Positions 58,849 through 64,000 of a DNA stretch of 64,000 nucleotides are shown here, in pieces. The translations under genes and the position numbers were made by a program. Positions within the stretch are counted from its first letter, which is position 1; each line of letters starts with the position of its first letter. The notes under the pieces are model-generated. The model had not been told where the DNA came from, did not search any database, and saw only the letters and a program-made list of their open reading frames with translations. Source of the DNA: the human T2T-CHM13v2.0 reference genome, Homo sapiens; NCBI RefSeq assembly GCF_009914755.1, contig NC_060947.1, one strand, 5' to 3'.

Positions 58849-60098
58849 TTTATATTCTTTTACTTTCAAACGATTTGTCTCCTAATATATCTTACGTTTT
58901 TGCTCTTGTATCTCTCTATTACTGACTTCTTTTGTGTTAAACATATATGACATAGCATACCATTTCAACTCTTGTAGTCTTTATTTTAACATATTTTGTG
59001 GAATTGCTTTCTTTCTGGTTACCCTGGGATTACAACTATTATCTTAAATTAAACAAATCTAGTTTGAATTAATAGCAATTTAATTTAAATATTATAAAAA
59101 CCTTTCATAATATATAGCTCTATTTCATCCCTTCTTTTTGGTATTATTGGCATTCAAATTATATCATTATACATTTTAAATCCATCAGCACAGCTTCACA
59201 ATTTTTTTGCATTTGGCTTTTACAGCATATTTTAGAAAGCTTATAAAGAAAAATAAATTGATAATATATTTTATATGTCTCCTGAAGTAATATTGTAGCT
59301 ACCTTTATTGCTGTTGTTTATTTCCTTGTGTGAGTTTGAGTACTTTCCTATCTATAGTCTTTCATTACACCCTAAAAGATTCCCTTTAGTATTTCTGGTA
59401 GGGCAGGTTTGTGGGCAACAGATTTCTTCCAGTTTGGGTTTGTTGGGGAATGAATTAATATTTCTTTTATTTTTGATGGCTAATTTTCTGGATATAGAAT
59501 CCATGAGGGATAGTATTTCTTTCAGCATTTTCATTATGTCATCTCACTTCCTTCTGGTCTCCATGATTTCTGAAGAGAAGCCTGCTGTTAATGTTATTGA
59601 AAATTTCTTTTACATGATGAGTTGCTTTTCTCTTGCTGTTCTAGAGATTCTCTCTCTGTCTTTGTCTTTTGACAGTTTGCCTATGATGTGCTCAGTTGTG
59701 CATCTTTAGAGTTATCCTAGTTGGAATTTATTGGTCTTAATGGATAAGTAGATTTTTAAATCAAATTTGGCAAGTTTTCAACCATTATTTATTTAAATGT
59801 TGTTTGTGCTAATCCTTCTGGAACTCCTTTTATGTCTATGTTGGTATGCTTGATGGCGTCCTACAGGTCTCTTAGACTCTGTACATTTTTCTTCTTTCTG
59901 CTATCCTTCTGTTCCTCAGACTAAAAAATTTTATTTGACCTATCTCAATTTCACTTGTTTGTTCTTCTGGCTGCTCTTGTCTGCAGTTAAGCCCCTCTAG
60001 TGTTTTTTTCATTTCAGTTGTAATTTTTCGTTCAATAATTTTATTTATTTATATATATTTCCTATGACTTTATTGACATTTTCTAGTTGGTAAGACAT

Positions 60099-62549
60099 TG
60101 CCATGGTTTGAATGTCTAAAAATCATGTCTTGGAAAATTAATCTCTTAATGGGGACTTAAGAGAGGTGATTAGTCCATGAGGGCAGAGAGGATGGATTAA
60201 AGCTGCTATCACAGGAGTTAGTTTGTTATCGTGGAAGAGGGTTACTCAGAATACAGTGAGTTTCGCTCCTTTTTGTCTCTTTTTCTCTTACCCTCTCTTT
60301 GTCCTTGCAACTTGTACCATGTAATAATGCAGCAAGAAGGCCCTTGCCAGATACTGGGTTTTTGATTTTTAACTTCTCCAACTCACAAAGACCGAGAAAA
60401 TAAAATGTTATTTATTACACATTACCCAGTCTCAGGTATTATCTTATAGAATAACAAATGGACTAGGAAATAAAACTGGTACTGTAGAGTGAGTGTTTCT
60501 ATAACAACCTGAAATGTGGAATCAGTTTTGGAACTAGGTAATGAGCGGAGGCTAAAAGAATTGGAAGGATCAGAGTACGAAAAGCCTGTATTGCCATGAC
60601 CAACATGTTAAGGACAACTCTGGTGAGGGCTCAGAAGAAGAGAAGAGCTGTAGGAAATGTCTGAAACTTCTTAGAGATTATGTGGTAATTACCGGAATGC
60701 TATTAGAAATATGGACAGTAAAGACCACTTTAATGAGGTCTCAGACACAAATGAGGAATATCTGATTGGAAACTGGAGTAATGGTCATCCTTGTGATTGA
60801 TTAAGGGCCAAAAAGAAAACTTGATTGAATTGTGTCCATGCCTGGGAGCTTTGTGAAAGGTGGAATTTAAGAGAGATGAACTAGGATATCTGGAAGAAGA
60901 AACATTAAACAAGCTATTTGGTTTATTTTAACTATATATAGTAAAATGCAAAAGAGAGAAATAATATAATGAGGCAATTTATAATGTAAAGGAAAGGAGA
61001 ACTTAAAACTTTGAAACATCCCACAGCCTGGCCATGTAAAGCATGATGAAGCTTGTTTGGGAGAGAATAACAAGGATGTGCCAAGTGACTCTTTGACAAA
61101 AATATTAGTATGAGTAAAAGAAAGCCAGGTGCTATTCAACAATACAATGGGAAAATGACCCTGAAGGCACTTGGGAGATCTTCAAGACTGCCCCTTACAT
61201 CATAGGCCCTGAGCTCCAGGAGGGCCAAATGGTTTGGGGGAAAGGCCTGTGGTGCTCCTCAAGGATGCCTTCAGATTCTGCTTCCTAATTTCCAGCACAG
61301 TGTTCCTTGGTCACGCAAATTGTGGCTCAGGTAGATCTAAGTGCAGCCAAACCCACTGTTCCAAAAGGTACAAGCCATGAACCCCAGAAGTGTCTATCTG
61401 GTGCTAATTCTGCAGATTTGAAGTATGGAAGAGCTGTGGGGGCATGGATTCCTCCACCTAAATTTCAAAGAATGTATTTGACTGCCTGGGAGTCCAGATG
61501 GAAACCTGCTGCTGCAGGGGTATATCCACTGCAGAGAATTCCCACTAGGACAATGTCTAGTGGAACCATAGGTGTAGAACCTCCTCCAAATCCCCGGACC
61601 TATAGAACCACCTGTGATTGCAGCCCCATACTGCAGGCATGAGTCCTGCAGGCATGAGATTTCAACCCATGAGAGCAGCTGCATGAGCTGAGCCCAGCAA
61701 AGCCATGGAGGCAGGGCTGCCCAAGGCATTGGGAGCCCAACACCAACCCCAGCGTGCTCAAGAGGTGGGAAACAATGTCAAGGTAGATTATTCCTGAGCT
61801 TTAAGATTTAAAGTTGCTATCCTGTTGGTTTTGGACTTATTTGGGACAAGTTGCCCCTTTCTTTTACCCATTTCTCCCTTTTGGTATGGAAATGGCTATG
61901 CTTGCTCTATCATTACATTTTAGAAGTAAATACCTTGTTTAATATCACAGGCTCATGCCTGGAGAATATTTTGCCCCAGGATGAATTGTGTCATGAGTCT
62001 CATCCATATCTAATTTAGATGAAATGTTGAACTTTAGACTTTTGAGTTGTTGCTGAAAGGACTTAAGACTTTGGGGCTATTGAAACAGAATTAATGTACT
62101 TTGCATTAATGTAGTTTGAGAAGGCCATTAATTTGGGGTGGGCAGGCATACAATGCTATGGTTTAAATGTGTTCCTCAAAAAGTGTGTGTTAGAATCTTA
62201 ATCCCTACTGCAACATTGTGGGGAGGTAGGGCCTAATAAGAGGTGATGAGGCCATGAAGACAATGTGAATGAATTAATGCTGTTATCATGAGAGGATTTT
62301 TATTATCATGGAGTGGGTTTCTCATAATAGGATGAATTTGACCCCCTTCAGCTTTTCTTTTTGTCTTGTCCTTATTTTGTCCTTTTGCCTTCTGCCATGC
62401 GATGATGTAGCAAGAAGACATTTGCAAGATGCTGGCCTCTCAATTTTGGACTTCCCAGGCCCCAGAAATGTTAAAAAATATATTTTTTGTTAATTATAAA
62501 TTACCCAGTCTCAGGTATTCTGTTATAGCAGCATAAATGGACTAAGAAA
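60099..62549 (+). mobile_element. Full-length older MaLR (MST/MLT1A-type): LTR 60099-60470, internal 60471-62153, LTR 62154-62549
   Basis: Diverged direct repeats tgc(c/t)atggttt(g/a)aatgt..attacccagtctcaggtatt..aaatggacta; internal similar to THE1-int (gatgaactaggatatctgg, cctccacctaaatttcaaagaatgtat). Confidence 0.9.
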
Positions 62550-63164
62550 TATATTTTTCTCATAATGTCTTTTATTTATCTAGGCAATTATCTTTAGTTT
62601 TTGAACATATTTATAATAACTAATTCATACTATAAAATTACGTTTTTTAAAAGGTTTTTGGTTAGCCTCTAGTTAGCCACAAATTGTATGCTACACTGTT
62701 GTTTCTGGTTGTTTTCAACATCCTATAGATAGGGTTCATGCAGAGTGAGCTCTGAGCCAGGTGAAATAAAAGCAAGCACTGAGAATGGAGCTTCTTAGGA
62801 AGCTGCCAAAGAGGTTCAATAGCAACAATTCCTTGTGGATGGGATTTGGGGACATGTCCAATGTTTATGGGCCCTTCATTCATTATGGGCTAATCTCCCA
62901 GTTTCCAAAGCTACACTCATTCTAATGGTGTTGCTTTTCAAGTATATCATACAGCTAGAGAGAGGGGTATAGAAATAGGGCAAGTTAAAATGCAAAAATG
63001 CTCGTTGTTACTGAAATTCAGGCATTTAAAAAATAAATTATCAGATTATACAAATATTTTGGTTAATTTCCAAAGTTCAGGAAGAAAAATGACTTTTATA
63101 GTGTTTTTGCTGAATTTTTTGGAGATCATTAGCACCATGGAAATGATTGTTGCATAAAACATAA

Positions 63165-63915
63165 TTTGAAAGCCTATGTCCATACTCAAAGAACAGCCCC
63201 AAAACATATACAGCAGGAAGTGAAAGAAACCAAGACAGAAATAAAAAATTCAACAACAATACTTGGAAACCTCAATGCTTCACTCTCATTAATGGATAGA
63301 ACAACTAGACAGAATATCAGTAAGGTTATAGGAGACTTAAACAACAATGTGAAATAACTTGACCTAATATTAAAACCATCAAGAACAGCAGACTATACAT
63401 TATTCACAATAACACATTGAACAATGTTCAGGAAAACCTATATGTCAATTTATAAAGAAAAGTCTCCACAAATTCAAAAGAATTGAAGTCACATAAAGCA
63501 CACTTTTTGACCAAATAAGTTAAACTATATTAGAACTCAATAACAGAAATAAATTGGAGAAATTCACAAATAATTGGAAATTAAGTACTTCTAAATAACC
63601 AGTGGGCCAATGAACAAATCATGGGAAACATTAGCAATTATTTTGAACTGAATGAAAATTAAACCACATCATATCAAAATTAATGAGATACACTTAAGTA
63701 GTGCTTAACAGAAATTTATAGTTTTAAACATCAGTTTTAACATAGAAGCATGCTCTCAAATAACCTAAGAGTTTACCATAAGCAACTAAAATAAAAACAA
63801 AATATATACCCAAAAAAGCGGAAGGGAAGGAGCAATAAAGATCAAGTCTGAATAAATGAAATAGAAAATGGAAAATTGATACAAAAATTAGTGAAATTAA
63901 GAATTAGTTCATTTA
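63165..63915 (+). mobile_element. Old L1M ORF2 endonuclease fragment
   Basis: ORF 63166..63357 ..NSTTILGNLNASLSLMDRTTRQNISK.. is a decayed GDFNTPLS region. Confidence 0.8.
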
Positions 63916-64000
63916 GGCTGGGCACGGTGGCTCATGCCTGTAATCCCAGCACTTTGGGAGGCCAAGGCGGGCGGATCACGAGGTCAGGAAATCGAGACCA
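63916..64000 (+). mobile_element. Alu left arm (AluY/Sc-like), cut by window end
   Basis: ggctgggcacggtggctcatgcctgtaatcccagcactttgggaggccaaggcgggcggatcacgaggtcagg. Confidence 0.92.

Overview
Primate (hominoid, most likely human) AT-rich intergenic or deep-intronic DNA; by eye roughly two-thirds is transposable-element derived. I can support no intact protein-coding gene, RNA gene or CRISPR array; most long ORFs in the track are decayed L1 ORF1/ORF2/ORF0, MaLR-internal or Alu frames and the rest are unrecognisable. Main contents: a full-length dead L1PA4/5-type LINE-1 (13890-20015), two full-length MaLR proviruses (THE1 6493-8748; MST/MLT1-type 60099-62549), older L1PB/L1MA/L1M elements, eight Alus, solo LTRs, DNA-transposon relics (MADE1, MER1B), MIR/L2 relics and microsatellites. 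Most notable: (1) a ~710-bp polyadenylated, TSD-flanked non-L1 insert carrying a MIR inside a younger L1 (28833-29544), probably a retrocopied transcript 3' end or orphan transduction; (2) an inverted templated filler at an L1 deletion junction (29999-30056); (3) a twin-primed L1; (4) a tailless, TSD-less Alu; (5) a candidate exon near 36042 and candidate enhancers in unique islands. I see no new multi-gene system. Subfamily names are from memory of consensus sequences and need RepeatMasker/Dfam confirmation.
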